Of a stretch of DNA of 64,000 nucleotides, positions 37,626 to 49,313 are shown in pieces (position 1 is the stretch's first letter; each line of letters starts with the position of its first letter). Source of the stretch: Cirrosporium novae-zelandiae (taxonomy: Eukaryota); contig JAPETS010000004.1 of assembly GCA_026023565.1 (NCBI GenBank), positions 372,001 to 436,000 on the forward strand, given 5' to 3'. The notes beneath the pieces are model-generated. The model was not told the DNA's origin, did not search any database, and was given only the letters and a program-made list of their open reading frames with translations. Position numbers and translations under genes: made by a program.

Positions 37626-39305
37626 TTAGAGTATAAATAGCATGGCTCCCACGAGGCAAATTACGGCACTGATGCCGTGAGCGGCTGCCTTACTGTTATT
37701 GACGGTGGTGGCGGCACCAGTGAAATCGATTGTCTCGCTTGGGGAGGAGGTGGTTGTGCTGTCGGGAGTGATTGTAGGGATAAGAATCGTTGAAGGGGTA
37801 GTTGCGAGAGTGCTTTCCGAGGTGGTTTCTGTCACGTTATCAGGCACGATTTCGGCATACTTGCTCGGTGGAGAAAGTGGTGACGGTTGGGAAGGAGGTG
37901 GTTCGATAATGGTGTTAGGTGTTGTTCCTCCTCCAGCTCCGTCCCCGCTCCCGCTGCCACCTCCTCCGGTAAGGTCGCCTTCTCCCTGCCCTTGCCCTTG
38001 CCCACCCCCTACTCCAGTTCCGCCGTTTGTTGCGCTACCGCCGCCACCTCCTTGACCTGTGGACGGGGGAGGAGGAGGTGTTGTTGAACTCCCAGGTGAT
38101 ATTGCTAAAATCCCAAGTGGTGTTACTGAACTCTCAGGTGGTGCGGTAGGGCTTCCCTGATTCAAACGCTGGGGAGGCGGAGTAATAGAGCCTGTTAGTG
38201 CCATCGAGTTGTTGTCTTCATCACATGAACATGGCCCATCAGGGTTCTGTTCGTCATCTGAGCAAGGTTGAGGGCTTCTAGGAATTCCTACAGCTCGAGA
38301 TACTAAGCCTTCTGACGGTCCAAGATTATTTCCCCCGGCGAATGTTTCTGCGAGCAGGAAACAGTCGGTTGGTGTCACATATGACGTTTTTGTCACTGTT
38401 ACGTCCCTTTGTGGTGGCGTTACAGGATGGTGACTTGGGCCATGAGGGTGTGAACTATGAGGGTGTGGACCGTGAGGTGGCGGACTGTGGGATGGCGGAC
38501 CATGAGGCGGAGAACTGTGGAATGGTGGACCATGAGGTGGTGGACTGTGGTGTGGTGGACCGTATGGCGGTGGACCAGGTGGTTCAAACCCCCCAGGCGG
38601 TAGACCGGGTGGCAGACCAGGCGGTAGACCGGGTGGCAGACCAGGCGGTAGACCGGGTGGCAGACCAGGCGGTCCATGGCCCCCAGATCCTAGATGAGAA
38701 GCATGAGAGTTGCTTTGTCCATTGCCATTCCCACCTCCGTGACCTCCACCACCTCCGCCTTTGTCACCTCCTCCATTGCCCTCCCCATTGCCTCCACCAT
38801 TACCACTTGCGAATCCTGGTCCCAATACTGCATTCCCACCACCCATGCCCCCACCCTTTCCCCCGCCACCAATTTTACCCCCTCCATGACCATTCCCATC
38901 GCCGTAACCATGGCCATGAGCATTTCCCATTGGACCACTGACAACCCCACTACCACCACCACTTCCCGTTCCAGCTCCTCCAGAGTTTCCAGGATCATTA
39001 TGATTTCCTTGGCCGCCACCGTGACCATTGCCGCTACCACCACCCTTGGCAAATCCTCCATAGGGATCGGTTTCAGATGAGCCTCCACCTCCTCCTCCAC
39101 CACCGCCGCCGCCTCCCTTAGAGCCACCTCCTCCACCGCTTCCGGCCCCACCTCCTGAGGCTGAAGCAGTTATGAGGACGCCGTGACCATCATCGACAGT
39201 GATTAAACTTTGACCTACACCATTGCCATCACCATTCCCAATATCAGTATTACCGGTAGCTAGACTCGCACAGAGCGCGATTGTAAGAGTGTTGGCAATC
39301 CTCAT
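37626..39305 (-). CDS. Secreted, probably GPI-anchored Gly/Pro/His-rich repeat cell-wall protein
   Basis: Signal peptide MRIANTLTIALCASLATG, Gly-rich block, PPGL and PPPHGP repeats, Ser/Thr-rich stalk, FTGAA motif and hydrophobic C-terminus. Confidence 0.8.
   Translation of the reverse strand: MRIANTLTIALCASLATGNTDIGNGDGNGVGQSLITVDDGHGVLITASASGGGAGSGGGGGSKGGGGGGGGGGGGSSETDPYGGFAKGGGSGNGHGGGQGNHNDPGNSGGAGTGSGGGSGVVSGPMGNAHGHGYGDGNGHGGGKIGGGGKGGGMGGGNAVLGPGFASGNGGGNGEGNGGGDKGGGGGGHGGGNGNGQSNSHASHLGSGGHGPPGLPPGLPPGLPPGLPPGLPPGLPPGGFEPPGPPPYGPPHHSPPPHGPPFHSSPPHGPPSHSPPPHGPHPHSSHPHGPSHHPVTPPQRDVTVTKTSYVTPTDCFLLAETFAGGNNLGPSEGLVSRAVGIPRSPQPCSDDEQNPDGPCSCDEDNNSMALTGSITPPPQRLNQGSPTAPPESSVTPLGILAISPGSSTTPPPPPSTGQGGGGGSATNGGTGVGGGQGQGQGEGDLTGGGGSGSGDGAGGGTTPNTIIEPPPSQPSPLSPPSKYAEIVPDNVTETTSESTLATTPSTILIPTITPDSTTTSSPSETIDFTGAATTVNNSKAAAHGISAVICLVGAMLFIL
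38430..38672. repeat. Coding minisatellites (12/24-bp PPGL units and about 30-bp SPPPHGPPxH units)
   Basis: gtagaccgggtggcagaccaggcg three times in tandem at about 38600-38671, plus four degenerate 30-bp ggaccatgagg...ggactgtgg units. Confidence 0.85.
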
Positions 39306-40125
39306 CCTTAGTTCGCAAGCTGAAAGTGAATTAAGAAGAATATAATCGAGGGAGTGATCTCACCCTTGCAGCTGATAACTGCAGGGTACACGTCATAAAA
39401 TACCAGCTAGGCCAAGGAGTGTGAAGTTTCAAACGAAGGACTTAGGCATTGATGTAACGAAAGAATGAAAACTCGAACACAAAAAAAAATAATACTAGAG
39501 GGTGAGCAGAATTTAAATCATGGTCTTCCGACCTTTACATTGGGCCACTCAATGGCGAAGCGAGGAATGTCGACCTGAAGATAACAAAACAAAATGTACT
39601 GTGGAATGAGCAGAAGGGTGATTGGAATGTCTCCTGAATCTAGAACTTGGAACAAATGAAGAGGAACTTGGCTACAGTACGCTTCTGTATGATATTCAAA
39701 CCGGTCGGTCGAATTCATTTTGCAAATTATTTTGTCAAGAAAAAAGTAGAACAGGAGGCACAGCTCTTGACAAAATGCAATTTATTTCTCTAAAAATAAA
39801 GTAAAAATAGGGTTTATTTGTTTTGAAGAAGTAGAATGAAAGCCAAGACCTTATAAGTCACGTGAGACGGACACCTAAAAGCCAAGGTTTTTATTCCCCG
39901 TGTCCCCGTGTCCCCGTGCCCCCCACCCCTCATTAACTTAATTTCTACGCCGAGGTACACGCGATTGCAACAAATGTACCTAGGTAATTACTGTTTGTAT
40001 TCAGGATTAGAAGAGGATGTGCCACAGTAACTAATACTGATTTCTGTTGCTTTATTACTCGTTCACTTCTCTAATACCTCATAATCACCATCTATTTAAT
40101 TACTCTCTTTATAATACTTCCAGAA

Positions 40126-41180
40126 ATGACTCGTCCAAAACTGACTTTATTTATTGATGTTGTCAGTCCATTTGCTTATTTCGCTTTCTATGTCACAAAG
40201 GTAAATTACACATATAACATCTCTCCTGTCATGCTTAATATCTATTGGATTTCAACTACCTTCATTTCTCTACTCTTGCTTATCCTCTGCTGCTCACTAA
40301 AGCAAACTGGATTTCATATGCTAGATGCTTTCGATTGATGACTTCTACCAGAACCGATCTAACATTATGAACTTAGCATTCTTTAGTTTTCAAGGATTGC
40401 GATGTTTCTTATATTCCTGTCTTCCTTGGTGGAATCATGCAGGCTTGCGGGAATACTCCACCCATCAAAATAAAGAGTAATGTCACTTATCTCTTCACTA
40501 GGACTGTTGTTCTGATCATGATCAATAGACAAGGATAATTTCGTCGACAAGGACCGTCGCCGGCATTCTCGTCAATTCAATATCCCCATTGCCGACCGGG
40601 TACCCGATGGATTTCCTGCATTTACTTTGAGTGTATGCTATTCTCCTGAAGTCTATGTTGGGGAAGAGCGAATCGGTTGGTTCTTGGATTAATTCTTGTG
40701 ATTATCTAGACACAAAGAGCTCTCTGTGCTGTGGCAATAACTGTCCCAGCCAAACTTTCCGATGCTATCAGTTCTTTTTACCACGCTTACTGGGTTGAGC
40801 GGAAACCAATCGACGATCTCACCGTTATCGAGGCAGCACTCGGAAAGGTATTAGGGAAGGATCTCACACAGGAAACCATGGCTAAGGTAAGACTAATAAA
40901 TCCAACCGTCATCGTAGAATTATCTCCAAAGCTCAAAATTCTAACCATTAAAAAGATCGTCACTCCAGAAATCAAGAAGCATCTTCAAAGCAATACAGAT
41001 AAAGCGCTTGCAGAGGGTGCTTTTGGATTACCGTACTTTGTCGCAACAAATGCTAAGGATGAAAAAGAAACCTTTTGGGGCTTTGACCACATCGGACAGG
41101 TTTGCGAGCATCTTGAACTTGATAGATCTAAGGGTTTGGGTGTAAAAAAAGAAGAACAAGGATGGAGAGCGATGCTTTAG
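40126..41180 (+). CDS. Glutathione S-transferase kappa / HCCA isomerase (DsbA-like)
   Basis: FIDVVSPFAY, PVFLGGIM..GNTPP, GAFGLP and FWGFDH. Five exons with canonical splice sites. Confidence 0.9.
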
Positions 41181-41827
41181 ATAAGTTCTATGCCAATAAT
41201 TCCGTAGTCCTTGGCTATAATTATTGAAGAGATCTCTCGATGCTCCAATAGGATTAATCTAATTATCATTGCAGCCTGGTTTCTAGGTCATGTCTTTGCT
41301 TACCTTGGCAGCGAATACTGGTTATTGTAGTTAATTCCTTGTATTTAACAACGTGGTAGAAGGTTTTACCGGAGGATCAAACTCCCCGTGCTCCCGTTCC
41401 TAATCGTCCATTCTCCGACCCCCGCCAATTTGAATGTAGTCTATTAGTTCACTCTTTCATTCTATAACTGGGGTTTGAAGTATATGTAAATTGTATCTAT
41501 TGCCTTACGGACGTAATATTCAGCTTATAACAATGACTTGAAAAATGGTTTCACAAAGCGGCATAATATTGCCTACAATATTATCCGATGCAATTTGATG
41601 TTAACTCCGTCAGACATAATTAATTGATGTGTGGTAGAGATATCCTTAGCTACGGATTTTAACATCGATGGAAGGGCATTTATAAACTCTTCGGAGTCCC
41701 TAGCAGAGGGAAAAAACAACAACACAGACATCTATCTCTACCTTCCCTCAGCAAATCATTCCTTGATTTTTAATTGGCCTCTTGAAAACTATCAATCAAT
41801 CAATTGCAGAAACACCCCTGGTTTATC

Positions 41828-42936
41828 ATGAAGTTTATACCAGCTTTCAGTCCTTATACGCAAAAGCCTACCTCTCAAACAGGTTCAGCGAGGGGGATAG
41901 GGCCTAATGCTACTGGAATTTCGTTAACTCATCTCATACGGGGTCATTTCGAAATCCATACATGGCTTCTTCTAGGGGCTGCTTTACAGGCCATTCTAAC
42001 ATTCCTGCCATTTACAAGAAAATATGTTGTCCTTGTTGTTTTCGTCATTCTTGGTGTCAAGGCGACAAAGCAACTCCTAATGGTGTTTGGACTCCGGAAG
42101 AATATATATATGGAGGGTGTATTGAAGGGAAAGTGGGCACCTTTGATACCAAATGAGGATGGAAGCTTCGATAGGGAGGCGAAAAATAAAACGCCTGGTG
42201 GTGGGGAGATTTGTGTTGTCCATATATGCTCTAGAGTGAACCAGTGAGTCCTACCTATGTGTGATACTTTGTGTTCTTTATTTCTTAAAAGCTTCTATGA
42301 TTTGTTTTAATGCTTTCTTTACACCCTTCTATGAATTTTGGCCTTCATTTACTTACTAGCAGTGTATACAGCCCTTTGGGTCTGCTCGCACCCGGTTTTA
42401 AAGAGGTCGGAAAATATTCCACAAAAATGTACCTTGACCTTGAGGCACGCGCCGAGTATTATGGCTACCTGGGCTCTAGTAGCTATATTAGTTCTTCTGA
42501 TCGCACGACCCTTAGCGAATCCTTGGAGGTCATCTACTTCAAGTCTCGAGAGCACCTTGCGAGGTTCGCGGAGGAAGCAGCACATCGCGATGGATGGAAT
42601 TGGTGGAATAAACACAATAAAGAGGGAAAGGTGAATCACATTAGTATTAACCATGAAGTTTTTTGTATTCCAGAGGGAAAGTGGGAGGCTATTTATATAA
42701 ATTTCCCGCCGACTCTTTTAGGTGAGTTTATTGAAATCCTGGTCATAGTCCTTAGTACAAGTTAACCAGTTACAGGGAATACATCTCACCCAATCAAAGA
42801 TAAAGATGGGAAAACCAAATGGGCCAATCCCCTTGTAGATTCTCGTAAAGGGAGATTGAGGACACAGAGGGGGCGCATGGGGTTGAGTATTGGAAATGAT
42901 TACGAGAAATATAAGGATGACCCTTATGAGGTTTGA
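41828..42936 (+). CDS. DUF4188 / af470-like putative monooxygenase
   Basis: N-terminal TM segment, NH|PLG..APG, YFKS..L..FA...AH..GW.WW, ISINHEVF and WEAIY.NFPPT. Introns 42244-42371 and 42722-42775. Confidence 0.75.
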
Positions 42937-43520
42937 AGACATGATATTTATGAGTGTCGAGTGTTGAGCGTTGAGTGTTTAGTGTATCTCATGGAGTCTG
43001 GAGGTTACTTTAACGAATGATAATAGCATGATCTTGAAAATATAACTACGGGGCAAAAGTGCCTACTAGCATCTTGACAACAATCCACGATTCATACCCC
43101 TCAATACCTCTTATCGATAAGATACTTTATTGTACCTGTTTCACAATTGCTAAATTAGGAAACAGGTCAAGCAGCCCCTCCCTCTCTCCACAGCCTCAGC
43201 CAAGAAGAATTCGACGTCATCTTAGCGGCTCAGATCAAGGAAACCAGAGTACCTAGGCAGACTTGACACATGGGTGAAACTTTATCTTTGATGTTCTTAA
43301 GGACTCGACTTCCTCACTTAAATTGCATCTTTAACATAACTACCTAGGTACTTCCCAGATCCTTAATTTCGAGACTGTCTATCAACGTAAGTTCGCCTTT
43401 GACCACACCAAGGCTCTCAACATACTAATACACCTGGCATTATAAAGGGGATATTCACATTTCAACCACATTAAACAAGCGTTCAATTAACCTCCCAATC
43501 TCATACCTAGAATCATAACC

Positions 43521-43929
43521 ATGGACTTCATTAAGAACGCCATGGGCGGTGACAAGAATGAAGAAAGCAAAGCCTCCACCTCCACCTCCACCGAACAAGA
43601 GCCAAAGAAAGAAAGTGGAGGGTTTCTTAGTGGTATCTCGGATAAGATAAACACTGCTGCTGGAGGAGGCAAAGAGAGCGAAAAGAATGAGGATCTGTTG
43701 GATAAAGGTATTTTACTTCATACACTACCATGAATAATTGCATTCTCTCCTTACACTGAGGTTAACAATTGTTTTAGGTGTTGACTTCGTCCAAGAACAT
43801 TTCATGGGCCAAGGCAAACAAGACAACGAATCCGCTATCGAACAGGCTAAAGACGAAAAGATCTCGGATTTCATTCGTGGACAGTATAAGAGTGCTACTG
43901 GGAAAGATATCCCCATTGCGGACAAATAA
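43521..43929 (+). CDS. Small hydrophilic stress protein (fungal DDR48-like family)
   Basis: GGGKESEKNEDLLDK|GVDFVQEH..GQG.QDNESAIEQAKDEKISDFIR. Intron 43708-43777. TATAAA at 43442. Confidence 0.8.
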
Positions 43930-44478
43930 ATGAATGGCTCCAGGGGGCGGCTGCATTGGTACAGGCCGAGAAAGCAATTATCTCATGATCTGCACTCAGC
44001 AGATATGAACAACCTAGCATTTAGATGATACCATTGCTAATGACATTATGAATTACGGCGATCTGATCACTACTTCAAATTAAAAACTGCCTTCATCTAA
44101 ACATTGTAAACTCCAGAAGATGAAACCCTAGGGTCGGTAGGACTCTTGGAAGATCTTGATTTATGTAATAATGGCAACTTTCTCGTTACATTCTCAGGAG
44201 AAGCTTATTGAGATATTATCTGTACTTCCTAAACCCTCTGCCTGATTGTTCTTGCCACTGTAATATCCTATTACCCCTTAGGGAAGACATACATTCATAG
44301 CAATCTCTAAAATCATTTTCAAACGGATGGTTTAACCACAGCAACTTCTAGTATATTCGCTCTTCTATCCCCATGCCAAGTCACTTAATAAAGCAGCGGA
44401 GACAACACAAAAATCAATATATTTTCCTTACACGTATCTCCAACTTATTTGATTGAATGGTCAGTCTCTTCAGCTACC

Positions 44479-45327
44479 ATGGGATTTAAAGAAGACGACC
44501 TCATTGATCTTGACCCACCATCCCCAAAACCTTCCGAGCCCAAGCCAAAGAAGACTCTAGTGCTTAGACTTATAAATGTCCCTTCCAGAGCTGAGGAGAA
44601 AAGTTGTTGTCCTCCATGCTCGAAACCTAGGATACTTCTCCTTCACCTTGATAATTGTTGGCCATTCGAGATATACCAATCCCTTTTTGACATATTGAAG
44701 AAGACATATCAACTGGACGAAAGAGGTAGTGGGAAGGACGCGGCAGCATATCTTAAAGCATGTGGTGTTGATGCTCCTCGGGCTGTTCTGGCATTGGATG
44801 AGGGAGTCCCAGAGGATGGAAGTAAGGCAATGTTCAAGGCGTTGAGAAAATACATCAAACAAGGAGGTACATTGATCATGGGTTTTCACATGACAGTGTG
44901 GGGACTAGCTCGGAAAGATGAGATGACGATCCGGGTCAAAAAAATGGAGAAAGTATTCCAGCAGCTCGGTGTCACTTGGGAGCTGGCTTGCCCAGGCGAT
45001 TATGAGCTCTGGGAGTACACCAATGGAATAATAAATCATCAGTGCACGAACTTACCACATACATCGGCCTACCTAAGTGAATTCCCGAAGCAGAACCGAT
45101 TTAAATGTCTACCTGTTAAGGTTAGGGAAGAGGGGGAGATTCTTTATCATAGAGAGGCATGCAAGGAGTATTCAGCGTACAATGAATCTAGACACATGGA
45201 GGCCGTTGTTGCATGCAAGCGGATCCATGATGGAGCAGTTTGGTGGATTGGGCAGAGCATTGAAGGAGAGGTGCTTAACACTATGGTCTTGAGGCTAATT
45301 GGGCTCAACATCAGTTGGGATGATTGA
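44479..45327 (+). CDS. Uncharacterised alpha/beta protein
   Basis: ACCATGG start at 44479, 282 aa, with an LRKYIKQGGTLI motif reminiscent of class-I amidotransferase-like folds (inference). Confidence 0.65.
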   Translation: MGFKEDDLIDLDPPSPKPSEPKPKKTLVLRLINVPSRAEEKSCCPPCSKPRILLLHLDNCWPFEIYQSLFDILKKTYQLDERGSGKDAAAYLKACGVDAPRAVLALDEGVPEDGSKAMFKALRKYIKQGGTLIMGFHMTVWGLARKDEMTIRVKKMEKVFQQLGVTWELACPGDYELWEYTNGIINHQCTNLPHTSAYLSEFPKQNRFKCLPVKVREEGEILYHREACKEYSAYNESRHMEAVVACKRIHDGAVWWIGQSIEGEVLNTMVLRLIGLNISWDD

Positions 45328-45705
45328 TTATTGAAAATGTACAGTACAAAGGTTTCGAAGTTGGAAGATACGCCTTGGATCGGCCTTTAAACAAAATTGT
45401 GTAGCGATGCTTACTCAGTCAAGAGCTCAGCAGAGCCTGTGACAAAAATGGGGTTATAATTTAAATCAATTTTTGAAAGCCTCCTCAAGGTGTATACTCA
45501 AGTGTCATTTTTTAGTTGTCCTGCGCTTGGTGGAATTAGAATCCTGGCGTGCCCGGACCCCAGCAAACCGAAGAAATCAGCAAAGTTTCCGAGGTTATAC
45601 CGCCGCATAATGTGATAACTCATATCAGCTTATCAGGCCCTCAACATTAATTTATTTGTTACTCCCCCTCCAAAAAATATCTAACACAAACCTCATCATC
45701 CTACC

Positions 45706-46851
45706 ATGACATCTATTCCTATCACCATCATAACCGGTTTCCTCGGGTCCGGCAAAACTACCCTCATCCTCAACCTCATCCCCCAATTACCCAAAGACTA
45801 CAAACTCGCTCTTCTGAAAAACGAATTCGGTGATCTTGCAATCGATTCCCAACTCGCCTCGTCGCAGTCTATTTCAGGTGTCCAGGAACTTCTCAATGGT
45901 TGCATCTGCTGCAATCTGGTGGGCCAACTAGGTGATGCGCTTGCCACGCTCCGCAATGATGTCAAGCCCAACCGTATCATTATTGAAACAAGCGGGAGCG
46001 CTTTCCCTGCGACCCTGGCAATGGAGATTAATCGATTGGCAAAAGAAACAGGATGGTACGCATTAGATGGGGTGATCAGTGTAATTGATGTGGAGAACTG
46101 GCAAGGCTATGAGGATAAGAGCTATACCGCTAAGCTGCAGGCTAGCTATACAGATTTGATGGTGTTTAATAAATGGGAATATTGCGATCAGAGGCGGTTT
46201 GATGACTGCCTTGATCGAGTTGGTGACTTGGAATTAGATATATCTTGGGTCAAGTCGAATAAAGGATATGTAAATAAGGATATTATTCTGGGAATTGATG
46301 GTGGACTGGCAAGCCAGCTAATGGATGATGGGAAACATACCGCAGAGCATGAGCATAAGGAACATGACCATGATCACAAGGAGCACCACCAATCAGAGGT
46401 AGAGGTCCTCTCCGTCACAATTCTGCAAATGTCTCCCACGAAAGGAATGGATTTGGCAAAGTTAGAAATGTTTCTCCAATCTACTCCCAAAGACGAGATC
46501 TATCGTATCAAATCTGTCCTCTACGCATCCCAACCACCGACCTCGTCAGATGGCTCCAAGGCTGCTCCTTCAGAAACTTTAAATGGGAATGAGAATCTCC
46601 AGAAATATATATTAAACTGGGCCTATGGACGCTGGACGTTCTGGCCACTCCCAAGCAGCAATGACACACAAGAAACTAATGGCGATACCAACGGGGAAGT
46701 GAAAGAACCAAAAGGGCCTGTATTGCGCATGACGCTCATCCTAGCGAAATACGAATCTAATAAATGGAAGAAGAGGCTCGAGAGCCAGGATATACTTGAG
46801 TTAGAGGGTGGACAGGGAAAGAAGAACATGAAGGTTGAACGGATCCTGTGA
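45706..46851 (+). CDS. CobW/COG0523 G3E-family GTPase (putative zinc metallochaperone)
   Basis: GFLGSGKTT, NEFG, GCICC, IETSG, NKWE and a His-rich linker. Confidence 0.92.
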   Translation: MTSIPITIITGFLGSGKTTLILNLIPQLPKDYKLALLKNEFGDLAIDSQLASSQSISGVQELLNGCICCNLVGQLGDALATLRNDVKPNRIIIETSGSAFPATLAMEINRLAKETGWYALDGVISVIDVENWQGYEDKSYTAKLQASYTDLMVFNKWEYCDQRRFDDCLDRVGDLELDISWVKSNKGYVNKDIILGIDGGLASQLMDDGKHTAEHEHKEHDHDHKEHHQSEVEVLSVTILQMSPTKGMDLAKLEMFLQSTPKDEIYRIKSVLYASQPPTSSDGSKAAPSETLNGNENLQKYILNWAYGRWTFWPLPSSNDTQETNGDTNGEVKEPKGPVLRMTLILAKYESNKWKKRLESQDILELEGGQGKKNMKVERIL

Positions 46852-47865
46852 TGGCATGATAGAGCATATGGATAGAAGAAGCTTTACATCATAGATGAAA
46901 GAATCTTGCATAAGACATGGATTTTGGCATGTGAAAGAGATGGTTTTCTGGTTTGATAGAAGGCTTGGAGAAACAGAATATACCCCATTTACTACTTGTA
47001 TTTAGATTGTATACAGAAGTCATAAGTGTTATGCCTCTAGAGGATATAGACCATTTGAAGAGACTAGTCGGGAAAAATAATTGGCCCAAAAGTGGAACTA
47101 AAAAGTGCCGCTACAATATATGAATACATAGTACAGGTTTCATATGGTGTCACTTTTTGGTTCCGCTCTTACTCTTTCTTAGATATCCGTTATATCCAAA
47201 GGTAGAAGACACGACTAAGTCACCTCTATCTACCTAGGTACTTATCCGTCGTTTTTCTGCTCTTGTATCTCTTTTTCTTTTTTCCTCTTCTCCTCTGTTA
47301 ATCTATTTTCTCTACATACTCATTGCAGTAAAAAATAGATATGCATCCATTCATTCAAATTATTCTAAGAATAACAGTCGTTTGAAGGATTTCACGAACA
47401 GTATAACACCATCCACACTGTCCATTCAAAGGAACCAGAGATAGTTGGACGGAAATTTTTCGCACTCTGCTTCCTGAAGTCTCCTAGAGTGAGATCCTTA
47501 AGTGTTAATGGAGGACGAAGAGGAATCTTGCATCCCTCTATAAAACCGGAAATAAACACCCTTTTTAAAAGGAACAGCGGGGAGTAATATGCGCCTTAAT
47601 TGAAATCGTTGAGGAACACTGTCGTTCTTCTCATGAGGTCGTTCACGTTCTAGCGCTTGTTAGACAGAAGGTATTGAGGAATACTGTCGCTCTAGTCCTT
47701 CAAATCGCCTATAGGATATCTCATCAGGGGTCAAGATCGGGTTAGCGTGATATAAGTGTAGAGTGCGAAGACCCTACAACACGCTCCTGCATCAGTTCAC
47801 AGCCTTAAGATAACGGCTCATATTATTTCGGTACTCTCCCGTCATCGTTCAGTTGTTCACCCATA

Positions 47866-48342
47866 ATGATGGATGAAGAGAGCGAGAAAAGTCATGAAGA
47901 TCCAATAGTTCCTTTCGTTTACAACTACAAGCTGCCTACTATCGGCAAGCCGAAGCAGCTTGGTGAAAAGGTTCTCGAATTAGATCCTGTCATCTCCACT
48001 CTCGAAATGGACCACATGTCTATCACCAACTCACCCACTTTAGTCATTGGAAATAACTCTGGATCTAGTCCTATTACTCCTTATGACTGCCCATGCCCGG
48101 CTCATTACGATCAGCTCCTCCAGGTTCAGCACCGCTTACTCTGCATTGAGATCCTAAATGCCTGGTATATATTTTTTCATCTCATCTGCACCCTCATCAT
48201 CTGTATAGAGGATGTTAAGTTTATGTTCAACTTCCGAGAACGCTGTATGCACACATTGATGCTAACAATGATTTCGGCGCTTGGCTGCTGTATCAGCTAT
48301 TTATGGGTTGACCTGTGGCTTATGGAGGGGGGGGGTTATTGA
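47866..48342 (+). CDS. Orphan protein with two C-terminal hydrophobic segments
   Basis: 158-aa ATG-initiated ORF with a TATA-like element upstream. No recognised motif. Confidence 0.45.
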   Translation: MMDEESEKSHEDPIVPFVYNYKLPTIGKPKQLGEKVLELDPVISTLEMDHMSITNSPTLVIGNNSGSSPITPYDCPCPAHYDQLLQVQHRLLCIEILNAWYIFFHLICTLIICIEDVKFMFNFRERCMHTLMLTMISALGCCISYLWVDLWLMEGGGY

Positions 48343-49313
48343 GGATAAATTCTTAGGGAAGCGGATGATATATGTGAAAGGGGGATTGATACAAGTGATG
48401 GTGATGTGCTGGATATTGTGGTGGTTTCTGGGGATTATGACAGCATAGGGTGAAATTAGGACAACTATGAGAGGGTGGCTTAGGTTGTTGTTAACATTCT
48501 ATTATTACTAGAAAGTAGATGCACTCTAGTTAAATGATTTCTAGGGATTGTGTACTGTCAATATGTCAATATCGTGCAACGAAACTCGGGCCGAGGCTTA
48601 CAGTAGCTCTGCGCTTCGCTTGCTGAGCTGAGCTTAATTGAACACAGTCCGAATTTCATAAACAGTTAAATTCACCAGCTCACCTTAAAGAGGTATTTCA
48701 AATAATATCGGATCTAAATTAGTTTTCAATAAAGCACGATTTTTGCTCCTCGGATTATGGGGAGGTCTTGAAAATAGATTGGCTACCGAAACCCAAATTT
48801 ACTATCACATTTTGCGGGAGGAACCTTGTCTTTGATCATCTCAGGGATTCAAACCTACACTATTAAATTTTTATTTCCCACCGCTTGATATCATCCATCA
48901 TCCAATAAAGACGATAGATATTTAGAATCGTTCAGTACTCAATCGGATCCGCTTACCGAGTAATATTGTAAACAACCGAGGGATCAACAGGAAACTACTA
49001 ATTACTTAGCATTGATTTTTAGCCTATGACCAGTCCTAAAAGAATCCCCTGACATGAATCGGTTAATCGGCATCTCTAGAATGACTTGAAAAATGGGGGA
49101 AAAATGGGAACATAAAACATGTTAATGATCGAATTCCCTCTTAAAATCGTCTTGGTGCTTTCTAGAATCTTACTGTTTGATTGAGTTTTATTACGATTTT
49201 CTCACTCACCTTCTTCTTATTTTGGATTGTTGTTTGAGCATTGGTTTCCCTCCTATTTTCCCTACCAGCTTTTGCATTGGCTTCTGAGAGGTTTCCTATT
49301 ATGAGTATGAGGA

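Noticed and set aside
38342..39151. Overlapping ORFs with VDRVADQA / VCHPVYRL repeats, and a CRISPR-like periodic appearance
   Set aside because: These are shadow frames of the coding minisatellite. There are no unique spacers and the context is eukaryotic.
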